A DNA stretch of 63,389 nucleotides, filler included, from Octopus bimaculoides (GCF_001194135.2; 7 parts of 5 records of this genome joined end to end with filler, not necessarily neighbours in it), one strand, 5' to 3'; positions 1 through 11,947 are shown, numbered from the whole stretch's first letter. Program-made: numbers and translations. Notes: generated by a model from the sequence alone, not told the origin.

Positions 1-300
1 GTCTAAGGACTTTCGAGCGAGATTGTTGCCAGTGCCCCTGGACTGGCTCTTGTGCGGGTGGCACATAAAATACACCCTTTTGAGCGTGGCCGTTGCCAGT
101 ACCGCCTGACTGGCCTTCGTGCCGGTGGCACGTAAAAGCACCCTCTACACTCTCTGAGTGGTTAGCGTTAGGAAGGGCATCCAGCTGTAGAAACTCTGCC
201 AAATCAGATTGGAGCCTTGTGTAGCCATCTGGTTTCACCAGTCCTCAGTCAAATCGTCCAACCCATGCTAGCATGGAAAACGGACGTTAAACGACGATGA
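1..300 (+). mobile_element. 3' end/UTR of an RTE-type LINE with (GAT)n tail
   Basis: Nearly the same sequence occurs inverted at 7235-7640, where it is attached to RTE coding sequence. It ends in GACGATGAT. Confidence 0.75.
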
Positions 301-486
301 TATATGTTCATATAATGATGATATCTACCAAATGTATTGGTAAGATAAAACATGTAATCGTTACCAAAATATCAAAAATTCTCCACAAAGGTCTATAGTA
401 AACTCTTTATGAATCGATCTCCTTGGTTATATATCAAAAAATTTAAATAAGAGCTTTGACGCTAAATCCATATATATTAAAGTTTA

Positions 487-574
487 TTACCTATGTATAC
501 ATTTCTGTATAAGGTCAAATTCAACTTTTAATTCAAGTTAAATAAGTAAATTACCCTACACATCCTCAGGGTAA
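487..574 (-). ncRNA. Type I hammerhead ribozyme with intact core, antisense to the PLE ORF
   Basis: The - strand reads TTACC-CTGAGGA-TGTGTAGGGT..ACCTTATACA-GAAA-TGTATACA-TA-GGTAA. Stem I is 5 bp, stem II is 10 bp, stem III is palindromic (ATGTATACAT), and the cleavage triplet is AUA. Confidence 0.85.
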
Positions 575-713
575 AAGGTAAACACCAAAACAGATTTATA
601 ATCTCTAAGGCTGATACATATTCATTAAATTTAAAAAATTGTCGAACAGGAACCAACATTTAAGATATCTAAATACAATTACTAAGGAAATAAGGAATAC
701 TAACGGAATTTAG

Positions 714-2187
714 GTGAAATCTGATAAAACCGGAAATATTTATAAATTAACCATACAACACTACACGGATTTACTGAAGAAAGAAATTGAGAAGTATTAT
801 AAGATAACAAATAAAAATACACTTAAGAAGGCAAATATGGAAACTAAAGGGATAATGGAAAAATACAACCTAGCAGATAGAACAAAACCTATGGTATCAA
901 AAGAACCGAGATTCTTTTTGGACACAACCATCTTTCAGACTCATCTGCCCGACAAAATCGGACGTAGGGATACTGAGTAAAAATATTATAAATAATTACA
1001 TAACTATTATAGTGGATAAGTTGAAATTAAATTTGTGGTCGAATACAAACCAAGTCATCGGGTGGTTTAATTCTATTGAGGACAAGAAAAATACTAAATT
1101 CATTCAATTTGATATAGCTAATTTTTATACATCCATTAACCCGATCATATTGAATAAGGCACTATGGTTTTTTTATAATAAGGCAGGGCTTACTAGAGAA
1201 GAAATTAAAGTGATATTAGCTGCTAGGAAGTCTTTTATTAGTTTTAATGATAAAGTATGGATACGTAAGGATACACCGGATGCTTTCGATGTCCCCATGG
1301 GGAGTTCGGACTCCGCACAAATAGCTGATATGGTAGGTTCTTTTATTCTTTATGAATTGGAGGATCAATTTCCTATGATTAGGAGGGGGGGGGTCTATAT
1401 AGGGATGATTGCCTTCTATATATTAGGAATAGCTCCAACCAACAATTACAGAGAATTAAAGGTAGATTGGCAAGATTTTTTCGTAGAATGGGGATGAATA
1501 TAATTTATGAAGACGATATTTCTTTAGCTAATTTCTTAGATGTAACATTAAATATTAAAAATGAGACATATAGACCATATCATAAACCTTCCACTAACCT
1601 GAAATATATCAGTAAGTGGAATAATCATCCTAGAAAAATTATCGATAATTTAGTAAGAAATATTTCATTAAGACTTTCTAAATTATCTGCAAATAATATG
1701 GTTTTTGATAATGAAGCTCAATTCTATAATTCGGCATTAAATAGGGCAGGATATAAAGAGAAGGTTTACTATGTCAAACCTGATTGTAACATTATTAAGA
1801 CAGATATGAATTATAAGAATAATAAGTATAAGAATAAGTTTAGAGGAAATATGGAAAATAAACCCAGAGATTTTCATAAAAGTAACATAGGTAATTTAAA
1901 ATTTTTTAAGAATTATACAAATAACTGCGATAACACTAAAGATGATAACGTATGGTTCATAATCCCTTTTGGTAGAAATGTTAAATCTAATTTGATTGCA
2001 CAGTTTAGAGAGGTGATAAGTAGATATTTCCCAAAGAATTCACATTATGGTAAAATTATTAATACACATAGCATTAGGTTTGGTTTCTCAAACACTAAGA
2101 ACTTAGCCCAAATAATTGCAGCTCAAAATTTTAAAATACTTAAATCAAAGGGAATTGGGGGAGGAAAGTGATGAGAACCCTGATATA

Positions 2188-2220
<33 letters not shown>

Positions 2221-2658
2221 CGTACTAGGATTACAGTAACAGAGGTTAACCCCAGAAGATTGAACTTTGAAGGCCCAAATGCTAGATTGAAGAATATAGT
2301 TTATAAATGTAAGGTAACGACCCAAACAGATGTTAACATATACGTGGGTTGTTCTTCGGGACAAATTTGTAAACGAAAATCGAATAATTATAATACGTTT
2401 AGAGATAGAAGTAAAATGGCGAATACTAGTCTTAGTAAATTTATTTGGGAACTGAAGGAACAAAAAAAGCAATATTCGTTAGAATGGTCAATTATTGGAA
2501 AGTATTTCCCTTATGACAAAGGTAAGAGATATTGTTCATTGTGTAATCTAGAATTATTTTTTATATTATTTTCTAAGGGTACGTTAATAAATAAACTCAC
2601 ATATAATGCTTTCAGATGTAGCCATTTTCTTAGACATACGTTTTTCTGGTTTAAATAA
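714..2658 (+). pseudogene. PLE RT/GIY-YIG ORF broken into four pieces (714-980, 1012-1497, 1467-2171, 2116-2658)
   Basis: The ORF-track pieces are collinear with the PLE domain order. There are about three frame breaks, two of them at G homopolymers. Confidence 0.85.
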
Positions 2659-2973
2659 ATTATAAATTTCAGTATGATCGGGTATTATAAAATAATATTA
2701 GGTTTAAAGGACAGGTTATATTAACTGTATGATTTATTATTACTAATAATCTAATTGTATATTTGTATTTATTTACTTAAGTTTCTAGAGATAATATAAT
2801 ATAGATTTCCATTAGTTTAGAATTTATTACCAGTGTTCAATAATTTGTATTACTTGATTGTTTATAATTAATAATATTATTAGGGTTTTCTCCCTTAGAC
2901 GGACTATTATTCAGGAGGAATTTTGAATATGTATCAGCCTTAGAGATTATAAATCTTTTTCGGTGTTTACCTT

Positions 2974-3061
2974 TTACTCTGAGGATGTGTAAGGTAATTT
3001 ACTTATTTATCTTGAATTAAGAGTTGAATTTGACCTTATACAGAAATGTATACATAGGTAA
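2974..3061 (+). ncRNA. Type I hammerhead ribozyme with intact core in the PLE 3' pseudo-LTR
   Basis: Stem I TTACT (2974-2978), core CTGAGGA (2979-2985), stem II TGTGTAAGGT/ACCTTATACA (2986-2995/3033-3042), GAAA (3043-3046), palindromic stem III, predicted cleavage after A3056, and GGTAA (3057-3061). Confidence 0.87.
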
Positions 3062-3383
3062 TAAACTTTAANNNNNNNNNNTATATATATATAAACACAT
3101 ATATAGACATACATACATATGCATTTTCTATACATTATCCTGTGTTACTGACTTGTAGAGACATGCTATTTCTTTATGCAACCATAATTTATTATAAGGT
3201 ATATCAAAACATTTTATAATTCAATACCATGATCTACTCTGTTAGCAGTGTGCTTTACATCACTTGTTAAGGTTATCTATACAGATATTCTATAGAAATT
3301 AGCACTGATTTTTGTTACAACATTTCGTATTTGAAACATCAGATGTAAACAAACAATGAGATTGAAGATAAAAGAAGGGTAAT

Positions 3384-3430
3384 GGGCATATATGCCATAT
3401 TTTAGGAGTTTTGCCCTTTCATCAGCACCC
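3384..3430 (-). ncRNA. Degenerate type I hammerhead motif (G12 to A) in a PLE-like pseudo-LTR relic
   Basis: The - strand reads GGGTG-CTGATGA-A-AGGG caaaac TCCT-AAAA-TATGGCATA-TA-TGCCC. All helices form, but GAAA reads AAAA. Confidence 0.55.
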
Positions 3431-3799
3431 ATCTAACCCCTTAATCATCCATGAACACATTGCTTAAGTAGCCACTAAATACAGCAGTGTAAGATTATTA
3501 GATATATCAACCAATTTTACTTATTAAACACATTCTTGGAAGCTGGTACATAAATATTAATGACCCCTAGGGATGTGGTATTTTGTTATACTACAGTAAT
3601 ATACTATAAAGTATATTAAACATTTTTATAAGTCAATACCATGTTCTACTCTGTTCGCAGTGCACTTTATATCACTTGTTGAGGTTATCTTTACAGATAT
3701 TCTATAGAAACTATAGCCAGCATTAATTTTTGTTACAATACAAAATGTTGTAACAAAAATCAATGCTGGCTATAATTTCTATAGAATATGTGTGATTAT

Positions 3800-4750
3800 C
3801 TTGTGATGGACTGGGACACACCAACAGTGATGTTTTCTGGGGTCATTAGATGTTTCAGGTCTTTCAACTTCAGGCACCATCATGTAGGTGATCCAGCCAG
3901 AGTTGATCAAGCCTTAGCTTATGTCCAGTTTGCACTATCCCTGGTAGCACTTCCCCTTCTAGAGGTTACACCTGATCTACAGGTGTCTTCTGGATGCTTC
4001 TGAGATCAGCACCATATCACCATATCTAGCCTTAGTGATGTTGAGGTGACAGTTTCTGGGAACTGCAACTTCTTCCCTTGGTCAACTTTAAGCTCCTAAT
4101 CTTTTGCTGTTGCAAGTAGGCCAAAAGGAGTAGACCTAGCCCTGATAAAGATGGTAAGCTTCTTCATTGGGTGGAGGTGCTTGCTATGATTAATCACACC
4201 TTGGATGGTGTCTGTTATGAACCTCAAAACTTGCCCATGCTTCTAGTGGTAGAGTCCCTCTTCAAAGGTTTTTGGACAGATCCAGTATTTCTCTCCTTGA
4301 GCACAAGGGACAAGATAATGACACCAACTATCCTCAGCAGAACTACTTGGAAGAGCTTGATAGGGCATCATAAACTGCCTGAATTAGGAGTTTATCTGGT
4401 GTGGATTCCACTTTCCAAAGGTCAGACCATGAGACATTGTGTTGCCCTACTTGATCTCTTCTTGACCAGGCTCCATGATGCCTCATTCTAACACACTGGT
4501 TTGTTCCTTCTCAGTTGAAACTTGCCCCTCATTCTGGTCAGTAGCTTTTTTGTCTTTTTGTCCTTTCCTTGTACCTTGTCATAGTGAGGTGTTGAAGTGC
4601 TACTTAGGTCAGCTCTTCTTCCAGATACAATGCTCATGACTGATGTCTTAGCCATGACACTGCAGGCTTGACAGCCTCCTCTGCTCTCCACTTTCATCTT
4701 GTTCTGACCTCAATGCCAGCTTAGGAGACTTTAGTGTCACAGGAATCTCA
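3800..4750 (-). mobile_element. HERO-like non-LTR retrotransposon C-terminal fragment (zinc knuckle plus restriction-like endonuclease)
   Basis: Minus frames give KWRAEEAV, SWSDLWKVE..LLIQAVYDAL, CPLCSRR, EGLYH*KHGQVLR, GLLATAKD*ELKVD..LQFPETVTSTSLRLDMVIW. This resembles the LRPD-type endonuclease motif of HERO elements. Many stops are present. Confidence 0.75.
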
Positions 4751-4770
4751 GCATATGTGCGCACGCGCAT

Positions 4771-4819
<49 letters not shown>

Positions 4820-5478
4820 TATACATAGATACATACATGTGCATACACATACTCATAGATATGTATATATATATATATATACAAAAGTAAATGAGTATAT
4901 GCATTTATACGTACAGGTATGTGCATACCGACATCCACCTGTATGTATAGGTGCATATCTGGGTACAGGACATTGCAAACAAACGTAGACGAGAACACAC
5001 GAGCCACATAGAGAACATTCTACTTCATCAGCTACCCACGTTTTAACACCGGCGTTTCGACGAGCTTCGGGCAGGACGCAACGTTAAAANNNNNNNNNNN
5101 NNNNNNNNNNNNNNNNNNNNNNNNNNNNNNNNNNNNNNNNNNNNNNNNNNNNNNNNNNNNNNNNNNNNNNNNNNNNNNNNNNNNNNNNNNNNNNNNNNNN
5201 NNNNNNNNNNNNNNNNNNNNNNNNNNNNNNNNNNNNNNNNNNNNNNNNNNNNNNNNNNNNNNNNNNNNNNNNNNNNNNNNNNNNNNNNNNNNNNNNNNNN
5301 NNNNNNNNNNNNNNNNNNNNNNNNNNNNNNNNNNNNNNNNNNNNNNNNNNNNNNNNNNNNNNNNNNNNNNNNNNNNNNNNNNNNNNNNNNNNNNNNNNNN
5401 NNNNNNNNNNNNNNNNNNNNNNNNNNNNNNNNNNNNNNNNNNNNNNNNNNNNNNNNNNGAAATACGAGGGGGAAAAGG

Positions 5479-5596
5479 AGATACGTAGTAGTAACAGAGG
5501 AAGAACAAGAGGGGTAAGGCGAGATACGTAGTAGTACAGAGGAAGAACAAGAGGGGTAAGGCGAGATACGTAGTAGTACAGAGGAAGAACGAGGGG
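5479..5596. repeat. Tandem repeat of about 42 bp, nearly 3 copies
   Basis: AGATACGTAGTAGT(A)ACAGAGGAAGAACAAGAGGGGTAAGGCG is repeated next to a gap. Confidence 0.8.
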
Positions 5597-5685
5597 AGGG
5601 GAGAAGGAAAGAGAAAGAGATAGAGTAGCGTCGGAGGATAAGTTTACGAACTACTTACAATTTTTGTGAGATACATACATACATA

Positions 5686-6836
5686 CAAGGGAAAGTAAAA
5701 AATTATCCGCACTTTCACCATAACATATCTTTATTATTGTCACACTGCCTTCTGTGCATGTGTGCTTATAGTTGGTACTATTGTGGTCATGTGATCGAAG
5801 TTTGAGTGTGATTGCACCATTTTTCTTTCTGGCTTTACAGTGTAATCACGGCTGCTCCACTAGCAATGTGTACCAAAGAAGAACAAAGAGCAGAGATACA
5901 ATTTTCTTGGTTGGAAGGTGTGTCAGGTGCTTTTAGCACAATATGGGGACAGTGCACTACTGTGTAGAAGTGTGTTTGACTGGACTGAAAAGTTTAAAAG
6001 TGGCCAGACCAGCATGATGCCCGAAGAGAAAGCAGGATGCCCATCAACCTCCACCACTGATGAAAAGATTCAGCAAGCTCAAGAGATGGTTATGGTGAAC
6101 TGACAGATTATCATTGATGAAGTAGCTTATTTTCTGCAGATTAGTCATGGTTCTCCCTATCAAATCATCCATGATGAGCTCAGCTTCCATAAAGTCTGTG
6201 CAAGATGGGCGCCAAGAGAATTTACTGCAGAGTACAAGCGTAAAAGTTTTGAGGTTGGCCTCAACAATGAGGGTGTGGTATTTTTGAGCAGAATAGTCAC
6301 AGGATATGAAAGATGGTTCATCATTATGAGGCAGAATCCAAAAGACAGATTAGTGAGTGGAAACATCCTGGCTCACCAGCGATGAAGAAATTCAAGACTC
6401 AGCCTTCCATGGGAAAGTTGATGCTAACCCTTTTCTGGGACTCAAGAGGGCCTATACTAGAAGACTACCTGGAAAAAGGGTGTATGATAAACAATACAAC
6501 ATACACTGTTTTGCTGGCCAACAAACTGAAGCCAATAATTCGCACCAAACGCTGAAGCCTATTGTTGAAGAAAGTTTGGGTGTTGCATGAAAATGCACAT
6601 CCACAAGCGGCTGCCTAGACTGTTGAACCCATTAATCAATTGGGTTTTGAGGTCCTGGAACACCCTGCCTACAGCCCAGATCTCACATCTTCGGAATATC
6701 GTATCTTTGGACTGCTGAACCAAGTGCATGGAAAAAGAAGGAGGTTATATAGAAAAATGACGTATTTGTTTATCCCCTGCTTTTGTGTAAATACATTGAA
6801 AAAACAAGAGTATGTTTAATTTTTGACCCTTGCTCA
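5686..6836 (+). mobile_element. Decayed mariner transposon
   Basis: TA-flanked degenerate TIRs (CAAGGGAAAGTAAAAAATT / AATTTTTGACCCTTGCTCA). Transposase motifs are MCTKEEQRA, KVCARWAPR, RIVTG, MLTLFWDSRG, HENAHP and HPAYSPDLTSSEY, with frameshifts and stops. Confidence 0.92.
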
Positions 6837-6861
6837 TATATATATATATATATATTTAGAT

Positions 6862-7230
6862 ATATAAAACTGAGATTGTGTGTCTGTCTGTCTGTCTGTT
6901 TGTATGTATGTATGTATGTATGTGTGCATCACTAAAACTCGAGAACTACCCAACCGATTTCATTCAAATTTTACACATGACTTACTTAGGGTCCATGCAG
7001 TGTCATGGACCCCGAAGTTTTTCAACTTCTTGCCTAATGCGAACCTGGGGCAATCTCTTATCTCTTACACTATTTCAGTATTATGTGTCAAAAGTGAAAC
7101 GATAACATCTCCATTGTAATGTGAGATAATACTTTCACTTTTAATAGGTTTCACTATTAATACTTCCACTTTGTATTTATATATTACTTTCATTTCTATT
7201 AGGTTCACTATGTATTTATATACATGTTTG
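6862..7230 (+). mobile_element. Non-autonomous Helentron/DINE-1-like repeat
   Basis: ATAAAACTGAG is followed by (TGTC)n(TATG)n and then AACTACCCAACCGATTTCATTCAAATTTTACAC, a layout I recall for this class. There is no coding evidence. Confidence 0.4.
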
Positions 7231-7234
7231 TATA

Positions 7235-9175
7235 TCATCATCATCGTCGTCATTTAATGTCCACTTTCCATGCAGGCATGGGTTGGACGGTTTGACTGAG
7301 GACTGGCAAGCCAGAAGGCTGTACCGGGCTCCAATCTGATCTGGCAAAATTTCTACAGCTGGATGCCCTTCCTAATGCCAACCACTCCGAGAGTGTAGTG
7401 GATGCTTTTTACATACCACTGACACGAGGGCCAGTCAGGCGGTACTGGCATCGAGTACGCTTGAATGGTGCTTTTTATGTGCCACCGGCATGGGAGCCAG
7501 TCAAGTGGCACTGGTAATGACCATGTTCGAATGGTGCTTTTTACGTGCCACTGGCATGGATACCAGTCAGGCGGTATTGGTATCGGCCACGAAAATGACA
7601 TCATTTGACTCAACAAGTCTTCGCAAGCACAGTTTACTACCTAGTGATTGAAGGGTACTCTTAAAGGGGCCAGTTATGCTGCACTGGCATAGGCCATGGT
7701 TACGGTCTCACACTGATATTACACATCCAGTGGAGCATGCTAGCTTTAGTTCTTGTAAGTTTATGCATGTCCTGAGCAGTCACAGCCCATTCTTCAGTGC
7801 CATGAGCATGGCTGTTGGCACACATGCATCATACAGTCTACTTTTAATTCTGAGCGAGAGGCCCTTTGCCACCAGCAGAGGTAGGAGCTCTCTGAACTTT
7901 GCCCAGGTTATTTTTATTCTAGCAGCTACATTCTCTGAGCATCCACCCCTGCTACTGGCTTAGTCACCTAGTAATGGAAGCTATGAACTACTTCTAGTTT
8001 TGTTCCCTGGCATATGATGGAAGCTGTTTTCTGCATATTTTCAGTGTTTATTGCCCCTGAGCATTTACCACACACAAAAACTATCATCCCAGTTAGCCTT
8101 CCTTTGATATTGCTGCACCTCTTCTTTGTCCATAGCTTACACCAGGTACATCTTATGGAGTTTCTACCTACGCCTTTTCGACAGATTGAGCAGGGCCATC
8201 TACCTGAAGGGATTTGTGATATGTACTTATTAAGATTTTGGTTTTTGCTAGATTGACTCTAAGGCTCTTTGATTCTAGACCTTGCTTCCACACCTGAAAC
8301 TTCTCTAGTTCTGATAGTGACTCAGCTATTAGAGCAAGGTCATCAGCATAGAGAAGCTCCTAGGGGCATCCTGTCTTGAATTCCTCTGTTATTGCCTGGA
8401 GAACTATGATGAATAAGAGAGGGCTGAGGACTGATCCTTGGTGGATCCCTACCCCTACCCAGAATTCTTCACTATACTCATTGCCAACCCTCACCTTACT
8501 GACAGCATCCTTGTACATGGCTTGTACAACTCTCACCAACCACTCATCTGTCCCTAGTTTCCTCATTGATCACCAGATAAGGGATCGGGATTCCTGTCAA
8601 AGGCTTTCTCCATGTCAATGAAAGCCAGGTACAGAGGTTTATTTTTGGCTAGGTATTTCTCCTGCAGCTGTCTTACCAGAAATATAGCATCAGTGGTGTT
8701 ATATAACTGTTTCTTTTCCCTTATGGCCCTGTCAACTTCATTGTTTCACCACCACGTTACCTTGGGTCAAGAGGGGACTTTGCACCATCCATAGATGTAG
8801 TCAATAGCCCTCAACAGGTTGTCCCATAGGAAACTCCAGTTGTCTTCCACATCATGTGATGCTGTATCCTCCTCTATTTTGTCAAAAGCTTCAAGTAATA
8901 TGTCTCTAAATCTCTGTCCATTCACAGGATCCTTAAGCTTCCAGACCATTCTTTACCATGCTGGTCATCTTCTGGGCATTCATTTAGCCCTGATCTTGAA
9001 GATGCTAACTACTAATCTATGTTGCAGGGTGTATTCTTCACCTGGGAAGGTTTTGGCATTTATAAGTAGCCATGTTTCCTGTTTCCTGGTGAGGATGCAG
9101 TCAACTTGGCTAGTGTATCCACCAGACCGGTAGGTGAATAGGTGACCACTGCTAGATCACTCTTTTGCCTATTGA
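7235..9175 (-). mobile_element. RTE-clade LINE, 5'-truncated and internally deleted
   Basis: Endonuclease end TYRSGGYTSQVDCIL..QHRLVV; RT motifs YLAKNKPLYLAFID and VGIHQGSVLSPLLFIIVLQAITEEFKTGCP; 3' UTR with (GAT)n tail at 7235. Confidence 0.92.
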
Positions 9176-9296
9176 CTTCAAAGCTCCATGCTGGAAGATG
9201 GTATGGTTTTAATATATTAAGCCTTCAGGCCTCTTCTTGAGGCCATGTTATTTTCTATTCCCTCTTCCCTTCATTTATTTTATTTTATGCATTTGT

Positions 9297-9416
9297 ATTT
9301 ACTTTGATGAAGCTCTATGTACCAGATTGAATGTTCTATGAAGATGGCGAATATTATTTTTGAAATTCTTTCGTAAGCACCGCCTGGCATTGGAAGTGGA
9401 AACAGCTGTAAGAAAT
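9297..9416 (+). ncRNA. Degenerate hammerhead motif with long stem II (C3 to U), in a pseudo-LTR relic at about 9180-9530
   Basis: TTACT-TTGATGA...GAAAC-AGCT-GTA-AGAAAT shares GAAACAGCTGTAAG with the HHR at 60356-60484. It is followed by (TA)n. Confidence 0.5.
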
Positions 9417-9979
9417 GTTATGTCATAGAAATGTTATATCATGTTTTGTATTAAAAAATAATCTAGTCCAAATTGTTTGTTTGCTGATAAAAAGTTTTCT
9501 CCATTTTCTGATTATATATATATATGGTTTCCTTTATCTATACTATAAATTGCAGTGTTCTTGATTGCTTGCTTGATTGATTGATTGATTGAGTGTCGGC
9601 AGATTCACTCGAGAACGGTGCAGTGGAATCGCGTGAAATTCAGCACAGAGCGGCATGGTTACCGAGATAATTGATTATTACTTTTCAAGATAGGAATATC
9701 CCATTCAAAGTGGGGAGGGGCGATTTTGTTTCCTTTCCCATGCGCGAAATTTTACGAAAAACCAGCCCAATAAAGATTATTTTTTTCCAAGTAATATGGC
9801 TGGGTTTGTTATTCGAAAATTTTAATCAGAGGCACAGAAAAAAATAATTTTAATTTTTTGTGCATTAAAAAGCCAAAGCTGTTAGACGCTGGCGTACAGC
9901 GATCGATATATACGCAGTGAACGTTTTCTCCATTTNNNNNNNNNNNNNNNNNNNNNNNNNNNNNNNNNNNNNNNNNNNN

Positions 9980-9991
9980 TTAATTAATTAA
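9980..9991. other. Synthetic scaffold spacer N44-TTAATTAATTAA-N44 (also at 19978, 28917, 48477, 55241, 60911)
   Basis: The same 12-mer, with stops in all six frames, is centred in 100-bp N blocks six times. Confidence 0.95.
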
Positions 9992-10035
9992 NNNNNNNNN
10001 NNNNNNNNNNNNNNNNNNNNNNNNNNNNNNNNNNN

Positions 10036-10091
<56 letters not shown>

Positions 10092-10114
10092 GGTGTGTGT
10101 GTGTGTGTGTGTAT

Positions 10115-10250
10115 AAGGCCAGAAATTTCGAGGGGGTCGATTACATCGACCTCAGTATTCAACTGGTACTTAGGCAAAGTCTTGAGCTCAAAGCATAAAA
10201 GCCAGACGAAATGCCACTCTGCATGCCAAAGATTCTGCCAGCTCGCCGCT
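10115..10250 (-). mobile_element. tRNA-derived SINE family B, partial copy
   Basis: The head reads GCGGCGAGCTGGCAGAA. The body matches the copies at 32367-33122, 36770-36920, 50270-50735 and 62865-63020. Confidence 0.75.
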
Positions 10251-10814
10251 TTATATGTTCAAACACATATTGAAATGGTTACAGCATACTTGAAATTGCG
10301 ACACACGTGCAGTAATTCGGTACTTTATCCAATAACCCACAACACATCTACTTGATAAGTAAAATATCATCTTTGAATATTTGGCTGAACAGACGAACCT
10401 TACAGATGAAGGATCTACAGGATTTTCTTTGGAATTAAAATACATCGAAAGGTTTTGGCTTTTTCAATTTCCATTCTTCAAGTCGCTCTAATCTCGCATT
10501 CAGTTTGGCTTCGTCTTATATGGGGTATCTTCAATTGCATGTTTGATGATGTCCTTCTCCAGATGCTGCTTAACAATTTTCTAGTAATGGTCATCGACCT
10601 AACAACTGAATTTATCCTACTTCAGGACTAGAGCTGTCCTATTGCAGTAATTCTATGTCCTTCGAGATTGAAGGCGGAAAGTGAGGAAAAATTCTTGAGT
10701 GGTAGCTTATTGCAGTAAGAAGCATTACACCAAAACGTTGGTTTGCCTTCAGACTTGCGACGTGGCCCAAACACTTCCAGCTGAGTTGTTTGTTCCTTGT
10801 CGAGCCATGCCTGG

Positions 10815-11062
10815 CTCATAAGGGCCGGTTTCCCGGTTTCAGTAGTTCTCCACCTGGACGGGACTCCGGTCCGTCACGGGTGAGCTGCTAGATGCAGGAG
10901 GAAAGTGTGAGAGAAAATTGTGCCGAAAGAGTCAGCAGAAGTTCGCCGTTACCTTCTGTCGGACCCGCTTGGAGCTTAGGTGTTTCACTCATAAACACAC
11001 GTCGCCCGGTCTGAGATTCAGACCCGTAATCCCTCGACTGCGAGTCCACTGCTGAAACCACC
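10815..11062 (-). mobile_element. tRNA(Arg)-like SINE with a V/Meta-like central domain
   Basis: The head GTGGACTCGCAGTCGAGGGATTACGGGTCTGAATCTCAGACC resembles the SINE head at 53930-54000. The domain GGACCGGAGTCCCGTCCAGG..GAAACCGGGAAACCGGCCC is named from memory. Confidence 0.55.
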
Positions 11063-11425
11063 TTCCAGCTGAGTAGAACCCGCTAAACGTACAGCAGTAG
11101 TGACATTAAACCAGAAATTGCATAAAATCTATCACTGGTATGTCTGAAAGTAATCCACACAGTTTCCGGGTACCCAGCTAACTTACGAATTCGCATAAAC
11201 CTGAACCGTTATAGCAAGGCTAAAATGACCGAGAGGACAGACGGACGGACACTCCACGTCGGTTGCCTGGTGGTTGTAGCCTGTTTGTAAGTGAGAACTT
11301 ACCAATCAGTCTGATAGCTCTCTTCAATCGGAAATGTGGTCGTGGCCTGGGGTTTGGAATGTTTCAGAATGTGTGTGGGGAGAGAAAGAAAGAAGAGGAC
11401 AGAGACAGAGCGTGTGTGTGCGCGC

Positions 11426-11473
<48 letters not shown>

Positions 11474-11889
11474 GTGCGTGCGTTTGTATGTGTGACAGAT
11501 GTTTCATCATTCGTATGAGCAGTACGGCATGTTCAAGTGAAAATTGCACTTGTGCTTTTTGAAAGGGTTAACAACTTCTCACAGCTGAAGTAGTTAGTGG
11601 CCCCTTGTCGTCTAGTCTACTATCGATGTATCCCTCACATCTTTTTACAGTTGTACGTATGCACTTCAAATATAAACCTACCCAGATCCTCCACCCTCAG
11701 TATAACATGACATTCCAACAGCCCCTAGCCACGCATCCTCCTCGCTACTTATCTACTTCACAGAGATGAAGTAATTTCTTTGCAGTCCTCTCAAACATTC
11801 ATCACATATACACACTTACATAAATACATATATGCACACATAAATTCAGGCACACGTACTTATATACATGCAAACATTCATTCATAAAT

Positions 11890-11947
<58 letters not shown>

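Larger units (their letters stand above)
477..3071 (+). mobile_element. Near-full-length Penelope-like element (RT plus C-terminal GIY-YIG endonuclease) with inverted pseudo-LTRs; possibly Nematis-like
   Basis: Consecutive frames give SDKTGNIY, FIQFDIANFYTSI, FDVPMGSSDSAQIADMVG, YRDDCL (after a frameshift in the G-run near 1385), FLDVTLNI..YRPYHKP, then endonuclease NIVYKCKV..IYVGCS..LSKFIWELK..CSLCNLE..CSH. Positions 477-624 are the reverse complement of 2924-3071. The clade assignment is from memory of family motifs. Confidence 0.92.

Noticed and set aside
5020-5089. Both GAAAC..GTT and CTGATGA on the - strand
   Set aside because: The order and pairing fit neither a type I nor a type II/III hammerhead, and the upstream part is lost in the gap. 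It may be half of a pseudo-LTR HHR, but this cannot be shown.
9590-9935. CpG-containing stretch with an E2F-like GCGCGAAA (9742-9749)
   Set aside because: A single short motif at a scaffold end with no associated exon is not enough to call a promoter.
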